A stretch of 64,000 bases of DNA from Spirochaetaceae bacterium (lineage in GTDB: Bacteria > Spirochaetota > Spirochaetia > DSM-27196 > PWMO01). This document shows positions 9,440 to 21,778 of this stretch, piece after piece (within the stretch, counting starts at the first letter, position 1; every line of letters starts with the position of its first letter). The stretch lies in NCBI GenBank assembly GCA_007693945.1, contig RECP01000069.1:1718-65717 (forward strand), read 5' to 3'. The notes under the pieces were generated by a model that was not told the origin of the DNA, searched no databases, and saw only the letters and a list, made by a program, of their open reading frames with translations. Both the position numbers and the translations under genes were made by a program.

Positions 9440-10790
9440 CGCTTGCCTCCTTCACCACCAGGGTCATTCCGTCCTGGCCTGTGACCCGAACCCGGGTTGA
9501 ACCGGCAATCGGATCACCGGACTCGCTTCTGGCTTTCCACCATTCACCGCGGATCCTGACCAGGCCTACCGGGTCGAGATCCTCGGTGACCAGACCGTCA
9601 TAGCCCGCCATTCCGCCGGTCTGATGGTACGACGGGCGTCGACGTACCATGATGACCTTGGTGATCACCAGTACAAAGAAGCCCGCGCTGACCGCGGCCA
9701 TCCCGAAAACCGTTACCCGGAACACACGGAACCATTCCGCCGGAAGCATTGGTTCGACCGGCAACAGCAGCGCCCCGACAATCAAAGCTCCGGTGCCGGC
9801 CGCGGTGAAGAACCCGAAGGTTGGTGTGAACGCCTCGACTACAAACAGGATAACCGCCATGACGATCAGCACGATACCGAGTGCGTTGACCTCGAACATC
9901 CCCAGTCCGAAGAGCGCCAGTATGAGCGCAATGGCACCGATTGTCTCGGGAACAAAGGTGCCCGGGCTGTTGACACCGAGGAATATGCCGTAGACGCCGA
10001 TCAGAAACAGCATCAGCGCGACCTGCGGGTCACTGATCAAATGGATAATTCGCTGGGCGAGGCTCATGTGACGTTCGATCAGGGTGGCATCGGCGGTTGC
10101 CAGTGTGACCTCGTCACGACCGACACGCACACTGCGCCCGTCGAGCTGCTGCAGCAGTTCCTGGATGTCGGCGGCGATCAGTTCGATCATGCCTTCTTCG
10201 AGCGCATCGGTGGCGCCGAGGGTCAGATTCTCGGTGACAAAGCGCTCCGCGGTTTCCGTTGGACGGCCGCGCTCCTCGGCGATATTGGTCATGTGCCCGG
10301 CCAGGAAACTGATGGTCTTGTCGTCGGCGGTACGCGTACCGTCCTCGGCCGGTTGCATTGTCACCGGCATCGCGGCGCCCATGGTCGTGCCCGGCGCCAT
10401 GGCGGCCACATGTCCGGCCAGCAGGACGAAGGTGCCGGCCGATGCGGCAATCGCGCCGCGCGGATAGACATAGGTGATGATGGGGATCGGCGCGTTAAGA
10501 AGATCCTTTATGATCTCAAGCGTGGCATCCACCAGCCCGCCGGGAGTGTCGATAAGAATGATCATCCCGTCGAACTGCTGAGCGACCGCATCAGCGAGAC
10601 CGACCTTGAGGAATTCGGCGGTACCCGCGGTGACCGTACCTTCAACCCGTACCACCATCAACTCTGCCGCGGCGGCCTGATCGGCCGGAGGGACATTCTG
10701 CGCACTGACAAGCGGAGCACAGATAGCCCCGAGCAGAAACGCCAGGGCAGCGGTCAGCCGTACGAGTCTTGAGCGCTGTGCCCGTACCAT
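9414..10790 (-). CDS. nfeD: NfeD-family membrane-bound serine protease
   Basis: Signal peptide, IDTPGGL, AASAG..., AMAPGT.MGAA.PV, TM region and C-terminal OB-fold (G.V.IRGEWW.A). Adjacent to the slipin gene. Confidence 0.92.
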   Translation of the reverse strand: MVRAQRSRLVRLTAALAFLLGAICAPLVSAQNVPPADQAAAAELMVVRVEGTVTAGTAEFLKVGLADAVAQQFDGMIILIDTPGGLVDATLEIIKDLLNAPIPIITYVYPRGAIAASAGTFVLLAGHVAAMAPGTTMGAAMPVTMQPAEDGTRTADDKTISFLAGHMTNIAEERGRPTETAERFVTENLTLGATDALEEGMIELIAADIQELLQQLDGRSVRVGRDEVTLATADATLIERHMSLAQRIIHLISDPQVALMLFLIGVYGIFLGVNSPGTFVPETIGAIALILALFGLGMFEVNALGIVLIVMAVILFVVEAFTPTFGFFTAAGTGALIVGALLLPVEPMLPAEWFRVFRVTVFGMAAVSAGFFVLVITKVIMVRRRPSYHQTGGMAGYDGLVTEDLDPVGLVRIRGEWWKARSESGDPIAGSTRVRVTGQDGMTLVVKEASDGSNSGST

Positions 10791-10890
10791 ATTGACCTCA
10801 CACCCTATTGTACCACGGGGGTCACATATCCGCGAGATCCGAATTTTCCTGCCGTCGATGAGTACCGCCGGACCGTTCCGCACTTCCGCC

Positions 10891-12573
<1,683 letters not shown>

Positions 12574-12643
12574 AGGCATATCATAGCAGATACCGGGTCA
12601 GGCTGCCATGCCCGCCACCGGTAAACTATGCTACAATTAGGAC

Positions 12644-14620
12644 ATGCATGAGACCAACAGTGTGATCACCCCGATTCGCCCGCTTACGCCCGAGCTGGAA
12701 CGCCGCGTGGAGCGCAACCCGCTGCTGCACATTGATACCTTCGTGATTCCCTCGCCGTACGTGAAAGACAGTGAGATCGAGAAGGACTACCGGCACAGTT
12801 ACGTCTGGATTGAAGAGGACGAGATTCTCGGCTTCGTGCTGGTCTACTCCGACCGCGTCAAACGCAACTTCCACATCTACAAGCTGGTCACCAGCCCGTT
12901 TGGACGCGGACGCGGGATTGGAACGCTGTTCATTGAGCATCTGGCGCGCGCCATACCCGCGGAATCGACACTCTACCTCTACGTCTGGGAGAAGCAGGCC
13001 GACACACTGGAGTTCTTCCAGCGCAAGGGCTTTGCGGTCGGCAAGACGACGGTGTATCGCAACCTGATTTACTATCACATGCATGCGCGCCGCGAACAGA
13101 TCAAGACCGACGGCGTGTCCCCGAGTGCGCTTCGTCAGGTATTCAGCGAAGAGATCGGGCGTACGCGTCATGACGCCAAAAAGACAATCCGCTTACTGGC
13201 ACACATGGTGGAAATGCTCTCGATTGACAACTGCGGCAGAATCATCGAAGACATCAATCGCGAAACCACAACACTTATCAACATCCTCAACGCGTTTCGC
13301 GATACGGTCAGCAGCACTCACGCGGTCAACGTCAAGGATCTGATCCTGGAGCGCATTATCCCCTATATCGAAGCCTCTTCGGTGCCGTGCAGTGTCAAGC
13401 TGACCCTGGATACCGAATCCACGGACGTGTTGGGCTACTACGTTAACTTTGGCCGCGCCCTGGTCAATCTGGTCGCCAATGCGTTGGAGGCAATCGCGGC
13501 TGCAGAACGCAAGGGCGTTATCGAGATCGAACTCTGCGAGGAGGGTCCCTATCTCGCGCTCAGAATCACCGATAACGGTACCGGAATAGACCCGGCTCTG
13601 CTGGAGGTGGATGAAGACGGGTACCCGGCTTTTGTCGGCAAGACTACCAAAGGTCGGCGCAAGGGTGAGGGACTGGGAACGGTCCAGATCTACTCAACGT
13701 TTGGCGTGGAAAACATCTCGGTTGAGAGCATGGTCGGGGACGGGACCAGTTGGGTCATCCGCCTGCCAAAGGCCGGCGACCGCCTGGACCGCTGGTTTAT
13801 CAAGCTCGAGCAGCGGTTTCACGAACTCAAGACTATCGCCGAGAGGACGCTGCTCAGGAAGGAATCATGCCGCACCGAGGTGGTGGCTTACATCTGGCAG
13901 CTACGCAAGATCCAGCTCTACCTGTTCGACCTGATCCTGCAGTTCGGCAAGTATCACAACGTACGTACCATTTTCCGATCGGTACTGGCCTTTCTTATGG
14001 GGCGTCTGGAGGACAGTGCGCTGCAGAGTGAGATCGACGCGCTGCGATCGGACTATCCACAGCTCAAGAGCAGGCTGATGGAGACCGCTGTCGAGATCAA
14101 ATCGCGTTTTGAGCACCTGCACAATAGCGTGGATTGCTCGCTCTATCGCGGCGCAATGTTCAAGAGTTACGGGCAGGCAATGAACAACGTGATCATCTTC
14201 ACTCTGGATCCGGCCAATGGCCGCTTCTACGCTACCGACCGCAAACTGGCCGAACACCTCGATTTTGTTCCCTATTTGGACCGCGAACGCGACGAGCTGT
14301 TGCGCGGCGAGTTTATCGGTGACGTCAACGAACTGCCGCAACCGATTGTGCTCGGCGTCTGGAGCGTCGAATCCGATTCCGATCTGAGGGAAAAGCTGCG
14401 CCTGCTGCGCGAGGGGGCGCGCAAACTGATTGAAATCGGAGTCTACGGCGAGAAGAATCTGTCGTTCTACCGCACCACGCATGTACGCCACGGTCGCGAA
14501 ATCGACAGCGACAGGGCCACCACGCTGGCGCGGTTTGCCTCGTGTACGGACGAGGAACTGTGGGAGTTCACTACCGAGGCCTCCGATGAGCTTGGGGAAT
14601 TCCTGTCCGCGCTCGAGTGA
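12644..14620 (+). CDS. GNAT acetyltransferase / histidine kinase-like ATPase fusion with unknown C-terminal domain
   Basis: GNAT motif A (FGRGRGIG) and FFQRKGF; possible H-box RHDAKK; N-box NLVANALEA; G1 DNGTGI; G2 GEGLG. Confidence 0.75.
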   Translation: MHETNSVITPIRPLTPELERRVERNPLLHIDTFVIPSPYVKDSEIEKDYRHSYVWIEEDEILGFVLVYSDRVKRNFHIYKLVTSPFGRGRGIGTLFIEHLARAIPAESTLYLYVWEKQADTLEFFQRKGFAVGKTTVYRNLIYYHMHARREQIKTDGVSPSALRQVFSEEIGRTRHDAKKTIRLLAHMVEMLSIDNCGRIIEDINRETTTLINILNAFRDTVSSTHAVNVKDLILERIIPYIEASSVPCSVKLTLDTESTDVLGYYVNFGRALVNLVANALEAIAAAERKGVIEIELCEEGPYLALRITDNGTGIDPALLEVDEDGYPAFVGKTTKGRRKGEGLGTVQIYSTFGVENISVESMVGDGTSWVIRLPKAGDRLDRWFIKLEQRFHELKTIAERTLLRKESCRTEVVAYIWQLRKIQLYLFDLILQFGKYHNVRTIFRSVLAFLMGRLEDSALQSEIDALRSDYPQLKSRLMETAVEIKSRFEHLHNSVDCSLYRGAMFKSYGQAMNNVIIFTLDPANGRFYATDRKLAEHLDFVPYLDRERDELLRGEFIGDVNELPQPIVLGVWSVESDSDLREKLRLLREGARKLIEIGVYGEKNLSFYRTTHVRHGREIDSDRATTLARFASCTDEELWEFTTEASDELGEFLSALE

Positions 14621-14689
14621 GTGCCGCCGTGACCGCGTGGCTCTGTCGCCGGCTGTGCGGCGCGGTGGCAGACGACCGATCGCTGCACT

Positions 14690-16018
14690 TCAATCCGCCG
14701 ATTTTGCGTCACGCAGCGCCCGGGCAATAGCGTCAAGTTCGTAGCCGGACGGTTCCTGGTAGACCCGCAGGTCGAATTCGGGGATCACCGCCAGCAGATG
14801 GTCGAAGATGTCGGCCTGAATCCCCTCGTAATTGGGCCAGCGCTGATCCGCGCTGAAGACAAACACCTCGATTGGAATGCCGGTCGGCCCCGGGGGCAGC
14901 TGCCGCACCAGAAAGGTCATGTCCTTGCGGATCATCGGATGCTGTTGCAGATAGGTGGTCACGTAGGCCCGGAAGATTCCCAGGTTGGTCATGCGCCGCC
15001 CGCTGACGCAGTCCGCAAGCTCGATGTGATGCTCGCTGTTGTAGGCGTCGATTTCGGCCTGTCGCCGATCGATGTAGTCGCGGATGCGCGAGAACCGGCG
15101 GTAGCTATCAAGCATCTGCTGATCGACAAACCTGACCGAACGCATGTCGATACTGATGGCGCGTTTGATGCGGCGTCCGCCGCTTTCGGTCATACCGCGC
15201 CAGTTACGAAAGCTGTCGGAGACCAGTGCGTAGATCGGTATCGTGGTAATGGTCTTGTCCCAATTCTGGACCTTGATTGTCTGCAGTGTTATGTCGATCA
15301 CGTCGCCGTCGGCGTCGTACTTGGGCATCTCTATCCAGTCTCCGATCTGCACCATGTTGTTGGCTGAAAGCTGGATGCCTGAAACGAATCCCAGAATTGA
15401 ATCGCGAAAAATCAACAGCAGCACCGCGCTCATGGCGCCGAGTCCGCTCAGGATCCCAAGCGGAGACTGATTGAGAATGGTTGTCAATATGATAACGGCG
15501 GCGACTATCAGCAGCACCACTTTGGCCAACTGAACGAATCCTTTGATTGGTCGCTGTCGAGCCACCGGGCTCGCGCGGTAGAGATCGTGGAACACGTCGA
15601 TCGTAGATGCGATGGTCAGCGCCGCTATAAGGACCACCCACGCGGATGCCCCGCGCCGGATGGCCTCGGACACCCACGCCGTTTCGGGCGCCACCAGCGT
15701 TGCACCCGCGTAGACGATCATGGCCGGCGCCACCCGTGAAAGCCGCAACAGCACCCCGCGCTCGGCTATTCGGTCGTCCCAGGTGACTTGCGTGCGCCGA
15801 AAGAGACTGTGCAGAACACGCACAATCAGCCGTCGTGCCACGAAATTGGCCACCAGCGCCGCAATCACAATCAGAGCGACGATGACCAGCCGTTCCGCGG
15901 CCAGTGCCAACGGTGATGCGATGCCCCACTGTTGCAGCAGAACGGCAACACCGGTCGATTGCATCCGCAGATTGAACCAGCTTTCAGTGTTCATGGGTGG
16001 CTGCATGATATCCATCAT
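14690..16018 (-). CDS. Small-conductance mechanosensitive channel (MscS family, YbdG-like)
   Basis: GLGAMSAVLLLIFRDSILG.V.GIQ, GDWIEMPKY.ADGDV, KVQNWDKTITTIP and NWRGM.ESGGRRIKR motifs. Start codon uncertain. Confidence 0.92.
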   Translation of the reverse strand: MMDIMQPPMNTESWFNLRMQSTGVAVLLQQWGIASPLALAAERLVIVALIVIAALVANFVARRLIVRVLHSLFRRTQVTWDDRIAERGVLLRLSRVAPAMIVYAGATLVAPETAWVSEAIRRGASAWVVLIAALTIASTIDVFHDLYRASPVARQRPIKGFVQLAKVVLLIVAAVIILTTILNQSPLGILSGLGAMSAVLLLIFRDSILGFVSGIQLSANNMVQIGDWIEMPKYDADGDVIDITLQTIKVQNWDKTITTIPIYALVSDSFRNWRGMTESGGRRIKRAISIDMRSVRFVDQQMLDSYRRFSRIRDYIDRRQAEIDAYNSEHHIELADCVSGRRMTNLGIFRAYVTTYLQQHPMIRKDMTFLVRQLPPGPTGIPIEVFVFSADQRWPNYEGIQADIFDHLLAVIPEFDLRVYQEPSGYELDAIARALRDAKSAD

Positions 16019-16126
16019 CTGCGTCTTGGTCGAGGGATGCCTGCACAGCCCATTAATTGCAGGTCAGCGGCCTCGACCCGCTTGCTCGGCTGCCGCCACA
16101 TCATCTGCAGCAACATCGCTCACGCC

Positions 16127-16278
16127 GTCGGTTGGCAGACGAATTCCGCTGCGCCGCGCCCGAGAGCGAGCCCGCGAACGTCTCCGCAGCCTCTGCGAGG
16201 ACAAGTGAGCGGGGGTGCTCTCGAGGCAGGCGGGCAGGAGCTCCATGCCAACCGACCCCGTACGGCCAAAACTGCTGC
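16127..16278. repeat. Intergenic palindromic repeat element, copy 1 (core plus right end)
   Basis: Aligns at about three-quarters identity over ~145 nt to the reverse complement of 21786-21930. Bounded by GTCGGTTGGCA...TGCCAACCGAC. Confidence 0.8.
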
Positions 16279-16329
16279 GATGAGCACGATTCGCTCGACC
16301 GCAGCACCGAACGGGTGTATGCTCTAAGC

Positions 16330-16782
16330 ATGGAACTGAAGAGCAGTGCTGTACAGAAAGGCCAGGCGATGCCGCGCCGATATACCTGTGACGATGCCGA
16401 CATTTCGCCTCCGCTGGCCTGGAGCGGGGTTCCGCCGGGGACCAGGGCGCTGGCTCTGATCTGCGACGATCCCGACGCTCCGGTGGGAACATGGGTGCAC
16501 TGGGTCTACTACGACATACCGGCCTCGACCCTTGAACTGGTGCAAGGCGTTGCTCCGGATGAAAAACCGACGCCGGGGGGGTGTCAGGGACGCAACGACT
16601 TCGGTCGTCTGGGCTACGGAGGACCGTGTCCGCCGTCCGGCCAGCATCGCTACTATTTCAGGCTCTATGCGCTGGACTCGGAGCTTGGTCTCAATCCCGG
16701 CGCGTCAAGACAACAGGTCGAATCGGCCATGGCCGGTCACGTGTTGGATGAAGCCCAGCTGATGGTAACCTACGCACGCTAG
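16330..16782 (+). CDS. YbhB/YbcL family Raf kinase inhibitor-like (PEBP) protein
   Basis: SPPLAW, DDPDAP..TWVHW, NDFG..GYGGPCPP.G.HRY.F.LYALD motifs. Confidence 0.93.
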   Translation: MELKSSAVQKGQAMPRRYTCDDADISPPLAWSGVPPGTRALALICDDPDAPVGTWVHWVYYDIPASTLELVQGVAPDEKPTPGGCQGRNDFGRLGYGGPCPPSGQHRYYFRLYALDSELGLNPGASRQQVESAMAGHVLDEAQLMVTYAR

Positions 16783-16859
16783 CAGCTGTCGGCGCGCCGT
16801 CCACGGAATCTCTGTGCGTCGCGACCATCGTGCGATTGCTGAAGACGTGAGCGATGTGC

Positions 16860-18215
16860 ATGAACGTGCTGCTGCTCGGAATCAACGGCCGCTACAGCCA
16901 CACCAATCTCGCGTTGCGCTACCTGCGCAACGAAGTCAGGGCCGAAGGACACGCGGCGCGCATCGTCGAGTTCGATATCAGCACTCGTCGCCAGGACATC
17001 CTGGAAGCGATAACACTCGATGGCCCCGACGTGGTTCTGATCTCGGTCTATGTCTGGAACTCGCTGCTGGTTCGTACGCTGCTACCGGATATACGGGCCC
17101 TGCTGCCCGAATGCCGTCTCATTCTGGGAGGGCCCGAAGTGTCGTACAGTGCCGCGGAATGGCTCGCATCCCATCCGGAGATTGATTTGATCGTTGTGGG
17201 GCACGCCGAGGAAGCGCTGCGGCAAGTTGCATCCGCCGGATTTGGCTGTCAGACCGCGGTAATTGCGGTGCCCAACCGGCCGTTCCAGGATGTGCCTTTC
17301 CCCTACCTCGAAGAGGATTTTGCCGTTCTGGCGCACCGCTACGTCTATTATGAATCCAGCCGCGGCTGTCCCTGCAGCTGCAGCTACTGCGTCTCGGGCC
17401 GTGATGATCAGACTCTCGATTTCCGCTCCGTCGAAACTGCAATCGAGGAACTGCAGCGGATCATCGCGCAGGAGTCGCGCTGGCGGGAGCCTCCGATCAT
17501 CAAGCTTGTTGACCGCACGTTCAACGCCCGTCCGGACCGTGCGCGGGAGATCTGGCGCTATCTCATCGCTACCGACACGCGGGCAACGTTCCACTTCGAG
17601 ATTCATCCGGCGTTCCTGACCGAAGCCGATATGCGCGTGCTGGAAACAGCGCCGCCGGGCCGTTTTCAGTTTGAGATCGGTGTGCAGTCGGTGCACGGAC
17701 CCACGCTGGCGGCGATCGGCAGACCTCGGCGCTGGCAGCGGTTTGGTCCCGCAATCGAGCGGCTGATCAAGCTCGGCACGATCGCGGTCCATCTGGATCT
17801 GATCGTGGGCCTGCCACACGAGGACCTGCAGACCATGGCACGTTCAATTGATGCTATCATGGCGCTCAAGCCGACCCGGTTTGACCTCGGTTTCCTGAAG
17901 AGCCTTCCCGGCACTGCCATCCGGGCGCAGGCAGAGCTCAACGGCCAGATTGCGATGCACCATCCCCCGTACCAGGTAATGGCAAACCGCTGGTTGAGCG
18001 TGGCCGATTTTGCCCGTCTGCGGCGCATAGAGCAGTTTATCGACGGGGTCTGGAATGCCTGTCACCTGGAAACGGAAATCGACGCCTTGGCGCGGCGCTA
18101 CGGCGGCTACTTTGCCGCCCTGGACGCGCTGCAGCGCTACGCCGTGCGGAGTGGCTACAATCCGGCAACGCGACGCTGCCACAAGGTCAAAGCGTTTCTG
18201 GATGCCGCCCGCTGA
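16860..18215 (+). CDS. B12-binding domain radical SAM protein
   Basis: N-terminal B12-binding-like domain (SVYVWN, LGGPEVSY), CxxxCxxC motif RGCPCSCSYC, KLVDRTFN, FEIGVQS, HLDLIVGLP.E. Confidence 0.88.
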   Translation: MNVLLLGINGRYSHTNLALRYLRNEVRAEGHAARIVEFDISTRRQDILEAITLDGPDVVLISVYVWNSLLVRTLLPDIRALLPECRLILGGPEVSYSAAEWLASHPEIDLIVVGHAEEALRQVASAGFGCQTAVIAVPNRPFQDVPFPYLEEDFAVLAHRYVYYESSRGCPCSCSYCVSGRDDQTLDFRSVETAIEELQRIIAQESRWREPPIIKLVDRTFNARPDRAREIWRYLIATDTRATFHFEIHPAFLTEADMRVLETAPPGRFQFEIGVQSVHGPTLAAIGRPRRWQRFGPAIERLIKLGTIAVHLDLIVGLPHEDLQTMARSIDAIMALKPTRFDLGFLKSLPGTAIRAQAELNGQIAMHHPPYQVMANRWLSVADFARLRRIEQFIDGVWNACHLETEIDALARRYGGYFAALDALQRYAVRSGYNPATRRCHKVKAFLDAAR

Positions 18216-18234
18216 ATGCGCTACACTGGGGCGT

Positions 18235-18480
18235 GTGATCGAGCACGTCCATACGATTCACTATCCCGAGGGAGATACGCGCGACGTTGGGCGCGCGCTG
18301 CGCTACGGCGTGCTGGTAGACATCAACGGCGGAGAACTGGGGCTGCCGCTGGCCTCCGCCAGGATGATAGCGTACCGGGTCTGGAAGATATCCGGCGAGC
18401 AGACACGGAACCAGGAAATAACCCACTACTGGCTCGAGCAGGTGTACCCCGCCGAGTTGCGCGCGTACGCCGCCGAGTGA
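18235..18480 (+). CDS. Small hypothetical protein
   Basis: 81-aa GTG-started ORF with protein-like composition (HYPEGD, LVDING, YWLEQ). A -10-like TACACT lies 7 nt upstream. Confidence 0.6.
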   Translation: MIEHVHTIHYPEGDTRDVGRALRYGVLVDINGGELGLPLASARMIAYRVWKISGEQTRNQEITHYWLEQVYPAELRAYAAE

Positions 18481-18516
18481 GGCGCCGCCACGCGCAACCG
18501 GCGCTGCAAAGCGTTC

Positions 18517-19872
18517 TCAGATCGACGGCAAGCCCGCAAGCGCCATCGCGATCTCTTCCTCGGGGTAGTGATAGGCGATCAGCTTGTCGGCGTGGTAGTC
18601 CATATAGGCCTGAAGGTCGAAGTGACCATGGCCGCACAGGTTGAACAGGATCGACCGACTCTTGCCCTCCTCCCTGCAGCGTAACGCCTCGCGGATCGCC
18701 CCGGCTACCGCGTGATTGGCCTCCGGCGCCGGCAGGATTCCCTCACAACGCGCAAACTGAACACCGGCGGCGAATGTCTCAGTCTGATCAACCGACGTAG
18801 CCTCAATCAGCTTCTGGTCCAGCAGGTGACTTACCAGCGGCGCCATGCCGTGGTAGCGAAGTCCTCCGGCATGGAACCCGGGTGGCACGAAGGTGCTGCC
18901 GAGGGTGTACATCTTTACCAGGGGCGTAAGGTGAGCGGTGTCTCCGAAGTCATAGGTAAACCTGCCCTTGGTCAGGCTGGGACAGGCTGAGGGTTCGATC
19001 GCCACGACTCGTACGTCCTGTTCCCCGCGCAGCTTCTTTCCGATGAACGGAAACGCAATACCGGCAAAATTGGATCCCCCGCCGGTGCAGCCGACCAGAA
19101 TGTCGGGGTAGTCATCGGCCAGTTCCATCTGCTCAATGGCTTCGATTCCAATGACGGTCTGGTGCAGTAGAACGTGGTTCAGTACGCTACCCAGGGCGTA
19201 CTTGGTACCCGGGTGCGTCACCGCGGCCTCAACGGCTTCCGAAATCGCGATTCCCAGCGAGCCGGTGGAATCCGGGTGTTCGGCGAGTATCGCGCGACCG
19301 GCAGCGGTCTCTTCGCTGGGGCTGGCGGTCACCGTGGCCCCGTAATTCTCTATCAAGCCACGCCGGTACGGTTTCTGATTGTAGCTCACGCGCACCATGT
19401 ATACCTTGCAGTGCATGCCGAAAAAGGCGCACGCCATCGCAAGCGCACTGCCCCACTGGCCTGCCCCGGTCTCGGTCGCGAGCTGCGTCACACCTTCCTG
19501 CTTGTTGTAGTACGCCTGAGGCACGGACGTGTTCGGTTTGTGACTTCCGACCGGGCTGACGCCCTCATACTTGTAGTATATGCGCGCCGGAGTATCGAGG
19601 GCCTTCTCCAGCCGCCGGGCTCGGTACATCGGCGTTGGGCGCCACTGGCGCAGGATGTCACGCACCTCTTCGGGGATCTCGATCCGCTGTTCGGTACTGA
19701 CTTCCTGCATGATGAGAGCCATTGGGAACAATGGCGCGAGGTCATCCGGGCCTACCGGCTGGTGAGTTGCCGGGTGCAGAACCGGTGCAAGCGGCTGTTT
19801 GAGGTCGCTTTGAATGTTGTACCAGTGGGTCGGGATTCGCTCTTCGGGGAGATTGAACTTTATGGGATCCAT
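18517..19872 (-). CDS. trpB2: TrpB2 / TrpB-like PLP-dependent enzyme
   Basis: [45 protein letters not shown] and LCGHGHFD motifs. No trpA adjacent. Confidence 0.93.
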   Translation of the reverse strand: MDPIKFNLPEERIPTHWYNIQSDLKQPLAPVLHPATHQPVGPDDLAPLFPMALIMQEVSTEQRIEIPEEVRDILRQWRPTPMYRARRLEKALDTPARIYYKYEGVSPVGSHKPNTSVPQAYYNKQEGVTQLATETGAGQWGSALAMACAFFGMHCKVYMVRVSYNQKPYRRGLIENYGATVTASPSEETAAGRAILAEHPDSTGSLGIAISEAVEAAVTHPGTKYALGSVLNHVLLHQTVIGIEAIEQMELADDYPDILVGCTGGGSNFAGIAFPFIGKKLRGEQDVRVVAIEPSACPSLTKGRFTYDFGDTAHLTPLVKMYTLGSTFVPPGFHAGGLRYHGMAPLVSHLLDQKLIEATSVDQTETFAAGVQFARCEGILPAPEANHAVAGAIREALRCREEGKSRSILFNLCGHGHFDLQAYMDYHADKLIAYHYPEEEIAMALAGLPSI

Positions 19873-19950
19873 GGCAACTCCTGTTGTGCAGATTGAGTGC
19901 CGAATTGTAGCACCAGTACCAACCGAGGGTCAACGTCCGATTCGCTGCCG

Positions 19951-20050
19951 GCAGCAATTGTGGTTTTGGCCGTACGGGGGCGGTTGGCATGGAGCTCCTG
20001 GGGGTAAGGACAACGTTGGCGCGTGCGGCGCCGTACGGCCAGAATTGCTG
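19951..20050. repeat. Intergenic palindromic repeat element, copy 2 (internally deleted)
   Basis: 19963-20000 is the reverse complement of 16235-16272 with one mismatch in 38 nt. The ends GCAGCAATT..TGGCCGTACGG and CCGTACGGCCAGAATTGCTGC are inverted. Confidence 0.8.
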
Positions 20051-20059
20051 CGCTGCCGG

Positions 20060-20908
20060 TCAGTCGTAACGGCGTTGCATCGCCTCGCGCGCCTTCTGGA
20101 GGTTGAAATCCATGAAGTTGCGGTACCGGTCTTTGCACCAGAACGCCACGTGCATGCAGTTCATGACTTCACACCAGCGCAGGGCGTGCCGGTCATAGGT
20201 CGAACGTGCGCCGTAGCCGTCAAGAAAGAACTCTCGCGCCTGAACGCTGTTCATGTAGTTGCGCCGTTCGCGCAGGATCCATGCAAGCTCGTATTCGCGC
20301 CATCCGATCCCGGCAGACTCCCAGTCCAGAATCGCGGATACTTCACCGCGGTTGACCAGCACATTGGCGTCGTTGAGATCCCCGTGCACAAACACCTGAT
20401 CGCGGTTATGAGGGGCGTTCTGTCGCAGCCAGTGAACCAGCTCCTGGAAGCGCGGATCGTCGAGTTCCTGTTCACCGAGCAATCCGTACAGTGATGTGCG
20501 TTTCTGCGGCTGCCAGTCGAGCTTGATGGTATGCAGCCAACCGACTAACTCACCGAGTTGATGCAGCACACGGTTGGTCATGTGCGGCAGATGATTGTCG
20601 CTGAGCGGATTGAGAACATCGCGCAGAATTGTGCCGGGTCGCTCCTCCAGCGCCATGAAACTGCGGCGGCCGACCCCGTGCCACAGGACGCGCGGCACGG
20701 GAAAGCTCTGCTGTCCCAGTACGACCAGTGCGTCACGCTCATTGTCCATGGTTGCGGTGGTGCTCTTGCACACTTTCAGATAGAGCCCGAGGGTCGAATT
20801 GCGGCATCGCGCCGTACAGCGATAAACTGAGTTCACCTCCGCGATACGGTTGCGTGTCGCCGAGAGGATCTCGACGTCCTGTGGTATTGCGTAGTCCGGA
20901 ACGCGCAT
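20060..20908 (-). CDS. Aminoglycoside phosphotransferase / choline kinase (APH) family protein
   Basis: YLK, VPRVL, Brenner motif HGDLNDANV and ILDWE. Confidence 0.82.
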   Translation of the reverse strand: MRVPDYAIPQDVEILSATRNRIAEVNSVYRCTARCRNSTLGLYLKVCKSTTATMDNERDALVVLGQQSFPVPRVLWHGVGRRSFMALEERPGTILRDVLNPLSDNHLPHMTNRVLHQLGELVGWLHTIKLDWQPQKRTSLYGLLGEQELDDPRFQELVHWLRQNAPHNRDQVFVHGDLNDANVLVNRGEVSAILDWESAGIGWREYELAWILRERRNYMNSVQAREFFLDGYGARSTYDRHALRWCEVMNCMHVAFWCKDRYRNFMDFNLQKAREAMQRRYD

Positions 20909-20926
20909 GCTTTCTGACTGTGCCTG

Positions 20927-21688
20927 CTAACCAAAGTCGGGGACGTCGAGGTACTCCAGAATCTCATCGCAGGCGTCAAAGAGCAGCTGAAGCGCGTCAC
21001 GGACGGCAACGCCGCGCAGTTCGGTCTCGCGATCGAGTTCGCTGTAGGTCAACTCGGACTCGCCGTTCTGGCACAGAATGCCGTCCCCGTCAAGATCGTC
21101 GATCAGCTCACCGGCAAAGCGGTGCACGCGCCCGAAGAAGGTATTGGAGTCGATGACCACGGCGTGCCGCATCTCCACCATGCGCTTGAGCATGTCCTGC
21201 TCATAGGTCTTGGAGTAATTGCCCTCCTGGATCCGCAGTGCTTCGTCACAGTAGTTGGCGACACGGCGTGACAACTGACTGAACTGGTGGTAGAACCCGT
21301 CGCGTTCAACCGAGTACTTCACGTCGAGTTTCAGCTTGCGTTCACTGAACAGACCGATGAACTCTTCTTCAAAATAGCGCAGGTATAGCAGTAGCGCCTG
21401 AACATCGCGCACCTGGGTCGAATGAGTTCTGAGCACGTCAGGATAGCGTTTCTCCAGGGAGGCCAGAATCGCGAAGCGTTCATCGTCGGTAGTGGCGTGC
21501 ATTTCGGCACCACTCTCGAGAAACAGGTTGTCGATCTTCAGCCGCTCCTGCTCGAGTTGCGTGAGTTCGTCGACAATGGTGCGTTGCGACAGAGAGTCGC
21601 CGGCGGCACGCAGTCTGCCCTGTAGCTGGCGAATGCGCTTCAGAACAGCGTGATAGCTCGCTTGAAGGTTTTCCGTATAGTCCTGCAT
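20927..21688 (-). CDS. Hypothetical helical protein
   Basis: 253-aa ORF with strong coding composition and an N-terminal coiled coil. Confidence 0.7.
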   Translation of the reverse strand: MQDYTENLQASYHAVLKRIRQLQGRLRAAGDSLSQRTIVDELTQLEQERLKIDNLFLESGAEMHATTDDERFAILASLEKRYPDVLRTHSTQVRDVQALLLYLRYFEEEFIGLFSERKLKLDVKYSVERDGFYHQFSQLSRRVANYCDEALRIQEGNYSKTYEQDMLKRMVEMRHAVVIDSNTFFGRVHRFAGELIDDLDGDGILCQNGESELTYSELDRETELRGVAVRDALQLLFDACDEILEYLDVPDFG

Positions 21689-21778
21689 TGGTCCCCGGTT
21701 GTTGCGTAAACGGTACAACCACTCTCAAGTATAGAGCAAAAACGGCGTAATGCAACCGTTGAACACGCGACTCACAAA

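Noticed and set aside
16057-16329. N-terminal 91-aa extension of the YbhB ORF
   Set aside because: The extension runs through the repeat element. The family-typical start and a -10 box point to ATG 16330.
20060-20908. Calling the APH-family gene an antibiotic resistance determinant
   Set aside because: Only the general kinase-fold motifs are visible, and most family members have other substrates.
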